A stretch of 64,000 bases of DNA from the human T2T-CHM13v2.0 reference genome, Homo sapiens. Below, piece after piece: positions 50,396 to 63,340 of this stretch; the first letter of the stretch is position 1; the number at the start of each line of letters is the position of its first letter. The stretch is taken from NCBI RefSeq assembly GCF_009914755.1, contig NC_060926.1, one strand, 5' to 3'. The position numbers and the translations under genes were made by a program. The notes below the pieces were generated by a model that saw only the letters and a list, made by a program, of their open reading frames with translations, made no database searches and was not told where the DNA came from.

Positions 50396-50881
50396 CTTTA
50401 AAGACAGCAGTTTTAAAGAAGATAAATTACAGTGTTTTTCATGTTTATTTTTAGCTTTAATTTATCACTTCAAAGAGTAATCAAAATAGCAAAAGTTTAA
50501 CCCTTGCCAAACCCCTGCTTGTTCCTATTTAAAATACTCAAAGAGCATTTTAATCAAAGCACATGCGTTAATGAAGAGTATGGGAAATGGGAAATAGGTT
50601 TCATTAACTTAATTTTCAAATGTGTCATACAGATAATAATGCTTATATCCACAGCAACGACAGGACAAGTACGGGACAAGAAACGATTATAATAGCTGAG
50701 TTAATAAGAACAGAAGAATTTGAAGATGAGTTTCACAAATAGCAGAGCACTGTAGATTTGAAGGCCACAGGGCAGAAACATACTTGAGGATTTAAGTGAA
50801 TTGTAAGATAATATTCCATATTGTTTTCCCCGCCAGTTTTGTGGGGCAGGTATGGTAGAAGAGGCAGGAGGCTTCACATGA

Positions 50882-51216
<335 letters not shown>

Positions 51217-51224
51217 AGTTTTAA

Positions 51225-51512
51225 TTTTTTTTTAAGACAATGTCTTGCTTTGTTGCCCAGGCTAAAATGCAGTGGTGTAATCACAGCTCACTGTAACCTC
51301 GAACTCCTGGGTTCAAATGATCCTCCTGCATCAGCCTCCTGAGTAGCTGGGACTAGAGGTGCATGCCACCATGCCTAGCTGTTTTTTTAATTTTTGTAGA
51401 ATGGGGCTTGCTATGTTGCATAGGCTGGTCTTGAACTCCTGTGCTCAAGCAATCCTCCCTTCTCAGCCTCCCAAAGCACTGGGATTATAGGCATGAGCCA
51501 CCATGCCTGGTC
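51225..51512 (-). mobile_element. AluJ element (old)
   Basis: tcacagctcactgtaacctcgaactcctgggttcaaatgatcctcc, AluJ-type and CpG depleted. Confidence 0.92.
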
Positions 51513-52908
51513 AAAGTTAAATAAGGAATAGAAGTGTCTGGTTAAAAACATATCTGCTCCTTACGCTGAAAGTAAACCTAACAAGCCACCCATCTTTGGG
51601 GCATAATGAGAACATAAAAATAATCACAGTGTTTCTCCTTTTAACTAGAGTCTGGAGTACTACAGGAAGTTTATAGTGTCAAAAGTTGAAATCAGACTAT
51701 GTTTGGTTTTACAAACACTTTTAGAAAAGATGGAGTCGTCTTCAAATCTACCAGCTTCCTGACTTATGTCCACCATCATGGCCTCTTCCAGGAAGCACAA
51801 CAGAGTTAATGGATTTCCTCCTGGGAGTCATGTCCCATCTTGGCCTATTCCAAGGCATTCCACTAAGACTATGGCACCTTGGATTTTTACATGGGCTTTT
51901 GTTCCAAGTGAAAAAAGGGGCATGGTGTGCCATCTTTTATTAGACAGATAAAAACAGATACTTGGGACATCTAAATGTACTTCAATTCTACTCATCTTCT
52001 CACTGGGGAGAGAGTTAGTTTGGTTAAGGAGCTTATTGATTTCTCTTTAAAAGCAGACCTTAGGAACTTTCTTAGGAAAGTTCTTTTGGCCACATGGCTC
52101 TAGCCAGAATGCTGGATTTTAGTTGGAAACCTGGTGCTGCCTTAATTCATTGAAAAAATATCCCAATGGAATAGTTTGTTGGTTCTGTCCTTAAGAAACT
52201 ATAGATAATTAGCATTATAGGTATGAAAAGATCTGAGTAACAAGTCAGTCTGATCCCATATATAACACAATGGTTTTCTCCATATGTAAAATACAGGAAA
52301 GCCTTATGTGTTCAGGGCTTCAGACTCACAAATATGGCATTGACTCCTGGAATGTAATGAGGTAATATATTTTCTTGCTCATTTTAAAACATTTTAAGAC
52401 ATTATAGTGACTTCTGCAATTGACTTAATGGATTATAACTTGTATTTTTTAAATGCCTAGAATAAAAAAATTAAAGGATTATAATATAAAATATATTTCT
52501 GTCTGTGGATTGTGGTACAAGCAATGTTTGAGAAACACCAATTAGGCATTAGGCTACTAAGGTAAAGCTTATGCCAGCCCACCATGCTGAAGCCAAGTCC
52601 TGTTTAATGAAAGGATATATGTATATGGAGATACCTGCCCTGATTAATTATATATAAATATGAAGCCTCTTTTATTCTATGTAGGCAAGTAAGAAGGGAT
52701 GCAGAAGAAATACACTGGATTTCTCTAATCTAGTATAATCCTCCTGAATCTTGTGTTTTGATCAAAATATTCATTTAATGAGACTGGTAGATGTTCACTG
52801 AATTTGTGTCACTTTTTTCTGTCTCTTTTCATTGGTCTGTAGACAATTTGTGAAAGAAAACACCTCATCAAAACCCCAGATCATCTCTAGCTTATTTGCA
52901 TTGTTTAC

Positions 52909-53022
52909 CTTCATATTCTGTAACCTCTGCTTCTTCCTCCTCCTCTCTTTCTTCTTCTCTATAAACTGAAATGGACACACCTTCCTCCTCTTCTGAGTAA
53001 CTCCATTCCTCCTCTGCAGATA
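52909..53022 (-). CDS. TTN: Exon 127 VSAEEEWSYSEEEEGVSISVYREEEREEEEEAEVTEYE
   Basis: 114 nt, AG/GT. Confidence 0.94.
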
Positions 53023-53474
53023 CTTTAAAAGATAAGGTTTCATTTAAATTCAGCCTGCTGAGATACAGATGTATATACAGCCATGTGGTCACTACAGATG
53101 GATAACTGTTCTTCTATCTGCTTAGGACATAGCTTCATGGTACTTCCTCACTATAAGAAGGAGGAAGCTAATTTAAGATGAGGGCAAGTACAGCCCAAGA
53201 CTGAGAATGATACTTGAGTTATGTCCAAGTGTGGCCACTTTCAAAATTATAACATTTTCGGGACTCATCCACTTCCTTCGAATGATTCAAGGCCAACATA
53301 GACACAAAAGACTCAGTCCCAGAAGGCTACAAAAGGTAGACACATTCTAATACCAACATAAGGAGAAATAACTGATGAGGACATGTTCTAAAGTAAACAA
53401 TCACATGTGGAAGAAGAAGAGACTTTGAGGAAACACACACAAACTCATTTATCCCCTGACTTCCGATTATATAC

Positions 53475-53576
53475 CTTCGTGCCGCGTGACTTCCACTCTT
53501 TGAGGAACTGCGAAGGATAGTTTTTCTTCAGCAACAAATCTCTTTTCTTCTACAACAGTTTTCTTAGAGACTTCAG
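53475..53576 (-). CDS. TTN: Exon 126 AEVSKKTVVEEKRFVAEEKLSFAVPQRVEVTRHE
   Basis: 102 nt, AG/GT. Confidence 0.94.
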
Positions 53577-53849
53577 CTTTAAGAAAGTGTTAAAGTTGAA
53601 GTTTAAAATCAAGAATTTTAACAATTCTCACTTTCTAGAATTTGGGGAAGAGTTGCACAGTACACCACTTTGACTAGCAAAATGGGAAAACAAGTTACAT
53701 ATCACAAGGACATAAACACAAAAGTTTCACTGCAAGTGAGACAATGGATCAGTATAAGCACAGACCAGATGGAAAAAGCAAGAATTTAACACACTCGAAG
53801 ATTTTTTTTTTTTTTTTTTTTTTTGTCAGAGGATTGAGGCAAATCCTAC

Positions 53850-53933
53850 CTCGGGGAGGAGGAGCTTTCTTAGCGACAGGAACTGGCACTGCAACTTTCT
53901 CCTCTGGGACGGGTTTCTTAGGCAGAGCTGGCA
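53850..53933 (-). CDS. TTN: Exon 125 VPALPKKPVPEEKVAVPVPVAKKAPPPR
   Basis: 84 nt, AG/GT. Confidence 0.94.
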
Positions 53934-54086
53934 CTTTAGAGACATTATGCACTTTTAGAAATTTAATGTGATCTCATTGAAGCCCAGTGCAAAACAAAGA
54001 AATACACCCACAGTGCACTCATATCACAAAACTAACAAAATCACTGGAACATAAAGACAGTTCTTGGGAAGATGGAGAAACAATAC

Positions 54087-54170
54087 CTTTTGGTGGTGGT
54101 GGAACTTCTTCCTCCTTCCGAGGAACAGGTTTCCTTTCTTCAGGAACTTTCTTCTTTGGTATTTCTGGCA
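54087..54170 (-). CDS. TTN: Exon 124 VPEIPKKKVPEERKPVPRKEEEVPPPPK
   Basis: 84 nt, AG/GT. Confidence 0.94.
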
Positions 54171-54311
54171 CTTAAAGGATAGTATTGAATTTTAAAATTT
54201 GTCAAAAAGGCCAAATAAATGAGCAACATAGAAGTGGCAATTAAAGAAGACATGCAATTAAAGAGGCTTGAAGGAAAGACAAGGTTATTTCATGGAGATG
54301 GGATTAAGTAC

Positions 54312-54392
54312 CTGCTGGTGGTGGAGATTCCTCTCTTTGAGTTACAATGGTTATTTTTTCTTCTGTCACAACTCCCTTCTGTACTTCAGGAA
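54312..54392 (-). CDS. TTN: Exon 123 VPEVQKGVVTEEKITIVTQREESPPPA
   Basis: 81 nt, AG/GT. Confidence 0.94.
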
Positions 54393-54609
54393 CTTGAAGA
54401 GACATTTTTAGAATTGACTTTATATTTTCTAAAGTAGCTATGCACAGTTATTTTTTTTAAGAAAGCAGACGGGTGGACAGACACTTTTGTTCAGTTCTCA
54501 CCACAAAACATTCATTTAGAATTAAACTAACTCAATGAACAGATAATTAAACACAACATATTTTGTATCAAAGATAAAAGATAGGGCTTTACGTCGAAAG
54601 CCACTGTAC

Positions 54610-54693
54610 CTTTAGCTGGGGGAGCTTCCTTTTTCTTTGCAACAGGAACGGGAATCTTTTCTTCAGGGACAGGTTTCTTTGGCACCTCTGGGA
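54610..54693 (-). CDS. TTN: Exon 122 VPEVPKKPVPEEKIPVPVAKKKEAPPAK
   Basis: 84 nt, AG/GT. Confidence 0.94.
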
Positions 54694-54955
54694 CTTAAAG
54701 TTTTTGAAACACAATGTTAGTTCAGACATATATCACTTTTATGAAAGAACATAGGCACATGCACAAATCTTTATGTAGTACATTAATGTTGTTATGGATT
54801 ATCTATGCATCAGCAAAATTATCCAGAAAATTAAACTAACTATACTATTCCAAGGATCACAATGTGATAAATATCACAAATAATGTTTTAGAGGCATTTA
54901 GGCAAAAATGAGTTATGTAACAAAGTTGTGCACAGAATTCATCCTTTATATATTG

Positions 54956-55808
54956 TATGACCTTGCTAAAAACAAATTAGTGATGACACAAACAATCAAG
55001 AATGTGGATATGGTATATAGAAAACTTCTTTACGCTTTGTATTGAGAAATGGAGTACTTAATAACAATGGCTTTAGTTTATCTAAGACTATTTTAGACTA
55101 AGACTAAGAAGTCTTAGAATAGTTGAATATGTGTAACTTACTTCTCTTCCCCACATTTCTCCTCTCATTTTTGGGGGGTGTGCCTGTAGTGAATTCAAAA
55201 CTCAGGAAACACTCTAGAGTAGGTCTCTCAATCTGATACCCATGTGTTAATGACTTTACAGAGCTTTGTGTGCAGAATTTTGTGGGTATGTGTATTTGTG
55301 CTTTTTTTTTCTAAGGGGCTCTAGAGTTTTGAACAGGGTTTTCAACCTAAAAAATGTTTACAGTGTATTTGATTTATCTATTCTAAGAATGGATAATGTT
55401 GACTTTTTAATTGGAAGATGAATTTTAACAGCATGCATTATTGGCAATAATTGTTCTCATTTTAAATACAATATTGGCAGCTTTTGTGAATCCCTGCACC
55501 TCTGCACGTGCATTTGTAATATTTTGGTGCAATTATATAGCTGTTAATTTATATATGTATATGTTATGCTATATATACATGCAGTATTTATATATATATA
55601 CGTGCTATTATACTATGTGTATTTGTTTTTATGAGTAAATGAGAGATGCCTCTGTGTCTCCTTTAGAAGACATATATGACTTTGCTGAAAACGAATTAGT
55701 GATTACACAAACAGTCAAGAATGTTCAGATAGTATATAGAAAAGGTTCTTTATGCTTTGTATGGGGAAATGTAGTACATAATAACAATGGATTTAATTTA
55801 TCTAAGAC
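54956..55808. repeat. Diverged intronic direct repeat, about 133 bp x2 (54956-55088 and 55675-55808)
   Basis: tatgaccttgctaaaaacaaattagtgatgacacaaac...tttatctaagac vs tatgactttgctgaaaacgaattagtgattacacaaac...tttatctaagac. Confidence 0.88.
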
Positions 55809-56812
55809 GATCTGTCTCAAGTAGCTTTAGTATTAGTATTGGTTTTACTAACATGACCTTTGTATTTAATGGTTAGATAATCAAAAGAATTTTGAAAGAG
55901 CCAAGAGTTTGAGAAAGAGAGAAGCATATTTGATTCAGGAAGAAAATAGAAACATTGCAAAGTCAGGCCAAGGGAACACTATTCAAAATGTACTATTTTA
56001 GTTAGGTCTGGTTTCTCCTAAATTGGATAATGTTGAATTCTTGCTGAGTCTCTCTATAACTGAATGGATGCGTGCAATTGTAGCTTCAGTGCTTCAATAA
56101 GATAGTGCCTTTTATCGCCAAAAAAATCCCAAACAAACCAAAGCAAGGGATTTGTGATATACCACAGCAGCACATTTTCATTCAAACATACCTCTGTGAA
56201 AGGTACTTTGACTAGCTAATTAGATAACGGAAACATTTATGGCAAATACTGAAGCTCAGTTAAGGTCTCAAGAAAATGGTGAAAGTAAACTTCAAAAAAT
56301 CTGTATGTTCCCCACTATTGAAGACTCGCCACTATTGACTTTTAAGAAGCGTGGTACTATGTACGTCTTTATGTAATTAACATTCAGTTCTGCCAGACAC
56401 TCTCCAGTTGTCATTGCCTGTCTCCACCTCTTCATAATGCATGAAACTGCTTTTATTAAGAAAAAGTTACATTTATGAAGGATGAAAGGTTTTTTCCTAG
56501 AAACATGTCAGTAGAAAACAAGTTTCACAAACATTTCCTCTTTCTCTAAAAGAGGGAAGATATTAAAAATGTAAGATAGCAGTTTGACATAGTTACTTCC
56601 TTTAACAATACTTTTTGGTGATGTCTTAGGAATATTCAGTATAATAAATAAAGTATGTCAAGAGCATGGCACGGAAGCTGACAAACAGTAAAAACACAAG
56701 AAGAATGTAAAAGAGACAAAAGACAAAGGCAGCATAGTACATATGAAGATCGTAGAAAGCAAAAGGCTGGCACTTGGAGCAAAGAGTCTCCCCATCATTG
56801 GCTCTGGCGTAC

Positions 56813-56896
56813 CTTTTGGGGGAGCAGCAGGTTCCTTCTTAGGCACAGGAACTGGCTTTTTCTCCTCTGGCACGGGTTTCTTGGGAACCTCAGGAA
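56813..56896 (-). CDS. TTN: Exon 121 VPEVPKKPVPEEKKPVPVPKKEPAAPPK
   Basis: 84 nt, AG/GT. Confidence 0.94.
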
Positions 56897-57293
56897 CTTT
56901 AAAGATACAATTGTTGAAATAATGTGGAATATTCTAGTCACCTTCTGAGACATCTAAGATTACATTAAAGCATAAATCTTCACTAACAGTGTGAGAATTA
57001 GGAAGTAATTTAAATATGCCTACTTGTGGTAGAAATGAAAGCTAAATACCTCAACACCATATAGACATTACATACATTACACAAGCAGACAAAGACCCAG
57101 TTAGCGTGATCTGGAGTTTAGAAATGTTACCAATACTTGTATAACACATCACCACAAATAAATGAAATCAATATACACAGAATTAAATATATTATAGATG
57201 GTTTACAGATGCTATTTTGTTAATACACAGATCTTATAGAAAAAGATACAAGATGGATGCTAAGAATTATTTTTTTCACAAATATTATTCTAC

Positions 57294-57377
57294 CTTTTGG
57301 TGCTGGGGGCTCCACTTTTTTAGGGATAGGAACAGGGGCCACTTCTTCTGGAGCTGGTTTCTCAGGTAGCTCAGGGA
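57294..57377 (-). CDS. TTN: Exon 120 VPELPEKPAPEEVAPVPIPKKVEPPAPK
   Basis: 84 nt, AG/GT. Confidence 0.94.
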
Positions 57378-57559
57378 CTTTAAAAGAAAAGTGCCATTTT
57401 TGAGAAAGTGTGCATTTGACAAGGCATATGTTGTTGTAAGACTTAGAATTAAATAGAGATTCCCTTTTTATACCAACTGAATGCAAGAAAATTATGCTTT
57501 AGAAATGAGAGTAAATGAAGATGGCTGAATGGCTAATTAGAAAATGTGACTGCTGTCAC

Positions 57560-57646
57560 CTTTAACTGCAGAAGCCTCTACTTTGTCAGGAACAGGTAGG
57601 AGCAATCCTCCCTCGGAGGTGCCTGTGTCAGTTCCTCAGAAACCAG
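57560..57646 (-). pseudogene. PEVK pseudoexon VSEELTQAPPRE/LLLPVPDKVEASAVK
   Basis: AAAG|gtgaca donor intact; original acceptor lost and 1 nt deleted; nearest AG gives 87 nt with in-frame TGA. Confidence 0.75.
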
Positions 57647-58405
57647 CTTTTTATGAACATCGATAACTATGAAGTTAGTTTTTTTTTTTGTAACCTTTAC
57701 TTTTATAAAGCAGTTTCATAAATACAATTGCATTAGATTTTTTTGTGTCTTAAATGTTTAACAATTTGGGTGGGATGGAGGGGGTGGAGCCTTGATCTAT
57801 AGTGCTTGCAGATTTCCGATTTCCAAGGTGGTATAAACACTCCCTCCCACCCTGGCTGTCAAGGTGATGTCATTGTCCTGGAGTTGGAAAGAGATGTGCA
57901 GTAGTACATTATATGGCATTTCCACCACACAGACACAAAGATGGAAACAATCTCAGAAACACAGATAAGAACAAAATGCAGTAAAATAGGAGTTTTGAGT
58001 ATTTATTAATATTTAAAAATATACTTTATTGGACTGTAAATTTACATAATCTAATTTTTAATAATGGTGGTGTTAAACTACTGACTGGCAAAATTCCTGA
58101 AAATGTAACCATAGGCTCTGGTGAGCTAGCATGAACTGGCTCCAGGACACTGTATTTCCAAGTAACAGGTTACGAGATTGCAAACTCTCTGAAGCAGGGA
58201 ATGGAGCCTCCCATAATTTTCACTTTTTTCCCCCTGTGCCTTCCTCATGGTTCTTCCCGTCCCCCATCACATCCTTTGTACATAGTGGCTATAGGTATGC
58301 ACACTGTGACTAAATCTATTATTTAATACTAACATAAATGTTTTACTATGGTATTTGTACTAATTTTTATTAAAAGAGTTTAAACTTAGAATGAATTACT
58401 AATAC

Positions 58406-58486
58406 CTTTAGGTGGTGGTTCAACCCTTTTGGAAATGGCAACGTGAATTTTCTCTTCAGTAACAATTTCCTTTTGTACCTCGGGGA
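58406..58486 (-). CDS. TTN: Exon 119 VPEVQKEIVTEEKIHVAISKRVEPPPK
   Basis: 81 nt, AG/GT. Confidence 0.94.
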
Positions 58487-58718
58487 CTTAAAAAAATGTA
58501 CATTTTAATTACTGATATGCCATGTTGTGGGTGGTAATTGTAATTTACAAAGAACATTAAAATAAAAATGAAAACAGAGACAAACATGAAATGAAAAAGA
58601 TGACAGAATTTACAAGGAGACAGAAATGTCTACACGATCACAAATTAGACAACAAGAGGGATAAAAATCTGCCTAAAACCCTTCCATTTGAGCCCCCACA
58701 TTCCAGTTTGCCTTATAC

Positions 58719-58805
58719 CTGTGACTGACACCTCCTCCTCTGTGTGAGAAGCAAAGAACATCTTTTCTTCTGAAATAACCATCTTCTTTGTATGCACAGC
58801 TGGTA
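58719..58805 (-). CDS. TTN: Exon 118 VPAVHTKKMVISEEKMFFASHTEEEVSVT
   Basis: 87 nt, AG/GT. Confidence 0.94.
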
Positions 58806-59395
58806 CTTTAAAGAGAGTATTTCACATTAGTATTCCTTTTTTTTAGTACAAGACATCAGATCAAACACATGGATTTTATACTCAAGTATTTAGACACAGA
58901 ATGAGTGGGTTAATATGGTAGCTTGAGAACAAATTCAGTATTGACAAGAAAACAAATCATGTTTTGATCTATAGGGACAAACAATGCATGCAGCCTTCAT
59001 CAAACATTCTTAAATGAGAATCAAATAGACACAACTTCTTCACACACAATGTTGTGCTTTTCCAAATCTGTTAGGGTCTATTTCTATAAATAAGAGGACA
59101 GGGAATATTATATGCAATGGAATGCATTGCATAGTGAAGTTAGCAAACTACTAATTAAACACAAACCTTCTTTATAATAAAAAAATGTAATTTTTAAGCA
59201 GAACTAGAAACAAAGTAGATAATGTTACTATTTAAATTAAACATATGTGCAACTCAACATAAAATTTGTATTATGTAAAAATGTGCTGTTTTTGGTCGTT
59301 TCAGATTTGTGAGTTACTTAGCAATATATGTACACATGTCCATACACATAAATAAAAAAATTTTGAACTTGTAGCTGAAACACAAAGATGTATAC

Positions 59396-59473
59396 CTTTC
59401 ACTTCAATAACTTCTTCCTGTACTGGAGTCCGGGAAGGTTTTTGTGGAACAATCTTCTTTGAAACTTCAGGTA
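59396..59473 (-). CDS. TTN: Exon 117 VPEVSKKIVPQKPSRTPVQEEVIEVK
   Basis: 78 nt, AG/GT. Confidence 0.94.
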
Positions 59474-59625
59474 CTTTAAAAATATGTACAAATATATTTG
59501 TATTTTGAAGAATATTGCTTTGCACAAAATTTAAAAGTATTTGATTATATAAATAACTAATGTGAGTATAGATCAGTAAACATATTACTTGTGTACATGG
59601 GTGCTAGGAATGTTTTAAATAATAC

Positions 59626-59703
59626 CTTTGGTGACTTGAACTTTTTCTTCCTCCATTCTTCGAGAAGTCTTTTCAATTTTTTCAATTACTGGCTTCTTTA
59701 TAA
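59626..59703 (-). CDS. TTN: Exon 116 VIKKPVIEKIEKTSRRMEEEKVQVTK
   Basis: 78 nt, AG/GT. Confidence 0.94.
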
Positions 59704-59874
59704 CTGCAAGCATTTTAGAGAAATTGCAGTACTTTTAGAATTCCTATTAAAATTCTCTCTCTCTCTATCTCTCTCTCTCTGTGTATATGTGTTTATACAC
59801 ACCTATAAGTGTATATGCAGATACATGTATCATTTTTTAAAGAGAGAGATGAGTTCGGTTTTTTTTTCTTTGAC

Positions 59875-59914
59875 CTTTACGCACAACTTTGAACTCTGGG
59901 TACAAGTTTCTGTA
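59875..59914 (-). pseudogene. Possible short frameshifted pseudoexon VQKLVP/EFKVVRK
   Basis: 40 nt between atatgttaag and AAAG|gtcaaa. Confidence 0.4.
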
Positions 59915-60144
59915 CTTAACATATTTTGGTTATATTTAAGTTTACCATTACAATTTTTATCATCTTTTGATTTTTTAATGAAATCAATTAGATAGAAATT
60001 TTAAGAAAAAAAAATCATTCACAATAAAGCTTAGAGAAGAAGTTGTGCCTATTGGATTGAACTGCTGATTTATACATTGCTGCCAAACAAGCCATGATAA
60101 TGATGTTGATGCTCTAGTCTATTTAAATATTTCTAATTACTTAC

Positions 60145-60207
60145 CTTTAGGAGGTGGTGGTGCTTTCTTTTCAGGTACTTTGGCTGGAACTTTTCTCTCA
60201 TGTGATT
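60145..60207 (-). CDS. TTN: Exon 115 ESHERKVPAKVPEKKAPPPPK
   Basis: 63 nt, AG, donor gtaagt. Confidence 0.94.
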
Positions 60208-60661
60208 CTGAAATAAAAACACAGGAATAAGAAGGGATGCTTAAATAGGTAAGTTCTCTTAGGTTGTTAATTGCAAATGAGATAAGGTAAGGATAATATA
60301 TAATCGTGTGAAGTATTATATTTGGGATCGTTATTACCAACACAATTCTTAGTGCTAGGATTTGAAGCAGGATCAAGCAGAGATGCAACAAGGCAGTAAA
60401 AGTAAAACTTGAACTTCTGCATTAGAAATTAGCACTTGGAATTTAGTGTTAGTAATAAGACTAAATGATTTAGCTTGTAATGTCAAAGCATGAAAGTAAC
60501 TCTGAGGAAAATAACTTTTAAAAGATTTCTAACCTTAAAAAAATCTAAGATCATTTTAACTATTTCACATAAACTGCAAATCAGGTTCATAGCATTGAAA
60601 ATTTAATGAACTGAGCAAAAATGAAGAAAAGAGGGAAACAAGTCATTCAGTTTATACATAC

Positions 60662-61066
60662 CTTCATAGACCTCCTTTTGAACTTGAATTACTTCCCTTT
60701 CTTGGTAAGCCTCTTCCCACTCTTCCTCCCCTTCGTCATAGCCTTCTTCCCTTTCATAGTATTCTTGCCCTTCTTCAAAATCTTCTTCCCATTCCTCGTG
60801 AACTTCTTTTTTAGCTTCTACCTTAATCTCTTCATAGTCTTCATCTGGTTCTTCATAATAAGGTTGTTCAAATGGCTCTGTGTATGGTTCTACCTCCAGT
60901 TCGTCATAAGGTTCTTCGAAAGATTCAATGAAGACTCTCTTCTCCTTGTGGACTGCTTGCTTTTTCTCATACACAGCTTCTTTTTCTTTCTGAACCTCTT
61001 TCTTTCTGGTTATAGTCATTATTTTTACTTCTTCAGCTTTAGAGGATACATCAATGATTTCAGGAG
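60662..61066 (-). CDS. TTN: Exon 114, large polyE-type: APEIIDVSSKAEEVKIM...QVQKEVYE
   Basis: 405 nt, AG/GT. Confidence 0.95.
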
Positions 61067-61917
61067 CTAAAATAGATAAAGATACTATTAGCATATTAAT
61101 TCTATCCATCCAACTGCTTCACTAAACAAAAATCTACCTAGTTAAACAACATCAGTATTTCAGATCTATTTTATTGATAATTTGTTTTTTTTTTTTGTAT
61201 TGGTTCCATTTAAATTTTTGACTATGGAACATAGTAGAGTATCAAGATGCATTCTACTCTTGATTTGAGGATTTTTCCAGTATGAAAAAATGGATTCAAT
61301 AAATATTATCAAATGGACACACCTTCTATTATTCCATGAGAGCTCCAGTTTGCAGAACCCCTAGTTTCTTCCAGTGGAATAGTTTTAATATTCGATAAGT
61401 TCATGGAATTTATATTTCATATTTATACAGTTAACCTTTTTAAAAAGTTCTGATTATTATTTCAAAAACATTTCTAATTTTAAACCTAGGTTTTTGACTA
61501 TTGCATATGATCCCTTAGTCAGTTTCATAAAAACAACATTTAAAATTATGTAACCAAGTTAATTAGGTACTTTTAGATAACAGATTTTTAAAGTTCTTAA
61601 GGGCTCTCATTATTTATATGACTCTTAACATTTGTGTTAACTACAATAAAAAAATAAGGAATGGCCCTTCCTTTCTAGCCCTCACTTCTTCTTTCTCTGA
61701 GACCATTGCACAGAGGCAGCATAAACATCTGCCTGGGTTTGTTTTCCTGGGAAAGGGGCAATATGAAATAGCCATCATTTCTAATGCTAAATTTAACACA
61801 GCAGAGGAGACTCCACAACTTTCAATAAGTTGGAAGCCTAATATTTAAAATAAGAATAGTTAGCAGAAGTGCAAATCTCAGGAATAAACAGAATAAAAAT
61901 AATTTATCTTTATTTAC

Positions 61918-61965
61918 CTTTTGCTGGAATTAAGGTAGTAGGAGGTGGAGGCTTCTTGACAATCT
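61918..61965 (-). CDS. TTN: Exon 113 EIVKKPPPPTTLIPAK
   Basis: 48 nt, acceptor ctcccag, donor gtaaat. Confidence 0.9.
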
Positions 61966-62732
61966 CTGGGAGTTTAAAAACATAAAAATGTGTGTTTATT
62001 TTTAGATTACATTATTATTAATGTTTACTAATCCTCCACATCATTGTTAGTTGTTTGTAGGAGCTATGACTACTACTCATACACCAGCCCTTCCAGGAAT
62101 CATAATAATGCTTCTATAATTTCCAAATCTAGCTCATTAGAAATGCTATGCAAGGCCATATTAACAAAAATCAAACATGCAAAAGGCCAAAGTTTGATTC
62201 TAGTTTAGATTGATTTAAGATCATTTAAATTGGTTCTAGTTTAGATTGATTTCTAATAAGTTAACATTAAGCATGAAGAGAATGTTTAATATGTCCAATG
62301 CTAAAAATAACACATTAGACTTTTTCAATTATTAACTATGAAGTTCATGAAATATCCATGCTTTTTGAGTGTCCTCTTATTCCATGATGTTTCACAAATG
62401 ACCACTCAGAAAAGTCTGAATGATGAATGATGCCTTGTGTTTCCATATTTTCCTTCTTTATGGAGGTTGCTGTACTCTAATCTTAGTCAAATGAGTTAAA
62501 ACTATTTGTTTAAATTTAGTTATCCAACTGTTTTCCTAAAAATCTTCGAGGATATATTGAAAGTTAAAGTGATTTGAATTGATCCTCCTTCATAAAGTAT
62601 TTTTTCTTCAAATATTGATATTTAGATCACCTAAATCAGGAAAGATACTGAGGTGGGTTGCAGCAACCTCTTAAAATTAGCAGCAACCCTTGATCTTACA
62701 TTGATGTGACTTTATCAAGACCAGCTGTTGGG

Positions 62733-63340
62733 TACTTCCATGTTCATTGCAGCATTATTCACAAAGACCAAGTTATGGAAACACCCTAAGTGTCCATCAA
62801 TGGATGAATACATAAGGAAAAGGTGGTATATAAATACACAATGGAATACTATTCAGCCTTATAAAAAAAGGGAATTTTGTCATTTGTGACAACATGGATA
62901 GAACTGGAGATTATGCTAAGTGAAATAAGCCAGGCACAGAAAGACAAAGACTGTAAGTTCTCACTTAGATGTGGAACTAAAAAAGTTGAATTCATAAAGA
63001 GTAGAATGATGGTTACAGAGGCTGGGGATTTGAGGGAATGGGGAAATGTTGGTCAAAGGGTACAAAATCTTAGACAGAAGAAACATGGCTTTTCTTGAGA
63101 TCTGTTGCACAGAGTGGTGAATATAGTTAATAATAGTGTACTGTACATTTCAAAATCGCTAAGAGTAAATTTCAAATATTCTCACCACAAAAATGTTAAG
63201 TATTTGAGGTGATGGATATGTTAATTGGCTTGATTTAATTATTCCATATTGTATTCACAGATCATAACATCACTTTGTACCCCATAAATATATACACAAT
63301 AGTAAATAGTCAATTTACAATAAAATAAAAAAGAAAAAAA
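62733..63340 (+). mobile_element. 5'-truncated old L1 (L1MA6/7-like): ORF2 tail plus 3'UTR
   Basis: catgttcattgcagcattattcac...tgctaagtgaaataagccaggcacagaaagac, A-rich tail, imperfect TSD aagaccagctgttgg / aagaatagctgttgg. Confidence 0.9.

Noticed and set aside
57612-57650. Plus-strand PEVK-like reading EVPVSVPQKPA suggesting a micro-inversion within the pseudoexon
   Set aside because: The minus strand already reads as a decayed PEVK exon with a 1-nt deletion, and Pro/Glu codons (CCT/GAG) make the antisense look similar, so no inversion is needed.
57765-57880. G-rich stretch followed by gtataaac, suggesting a G-quadruplex or internal promoter
   Set aside because: Only three G3 runs, no CpG enrichment and no supporting motif cluster.
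62198-62252. 19-bp direct repeat ttctagtttagattgattt; similar 16-bp repeat at about 49945-49988
   Set aside because: Ordinary local slippage duplications in AT-rich intron.
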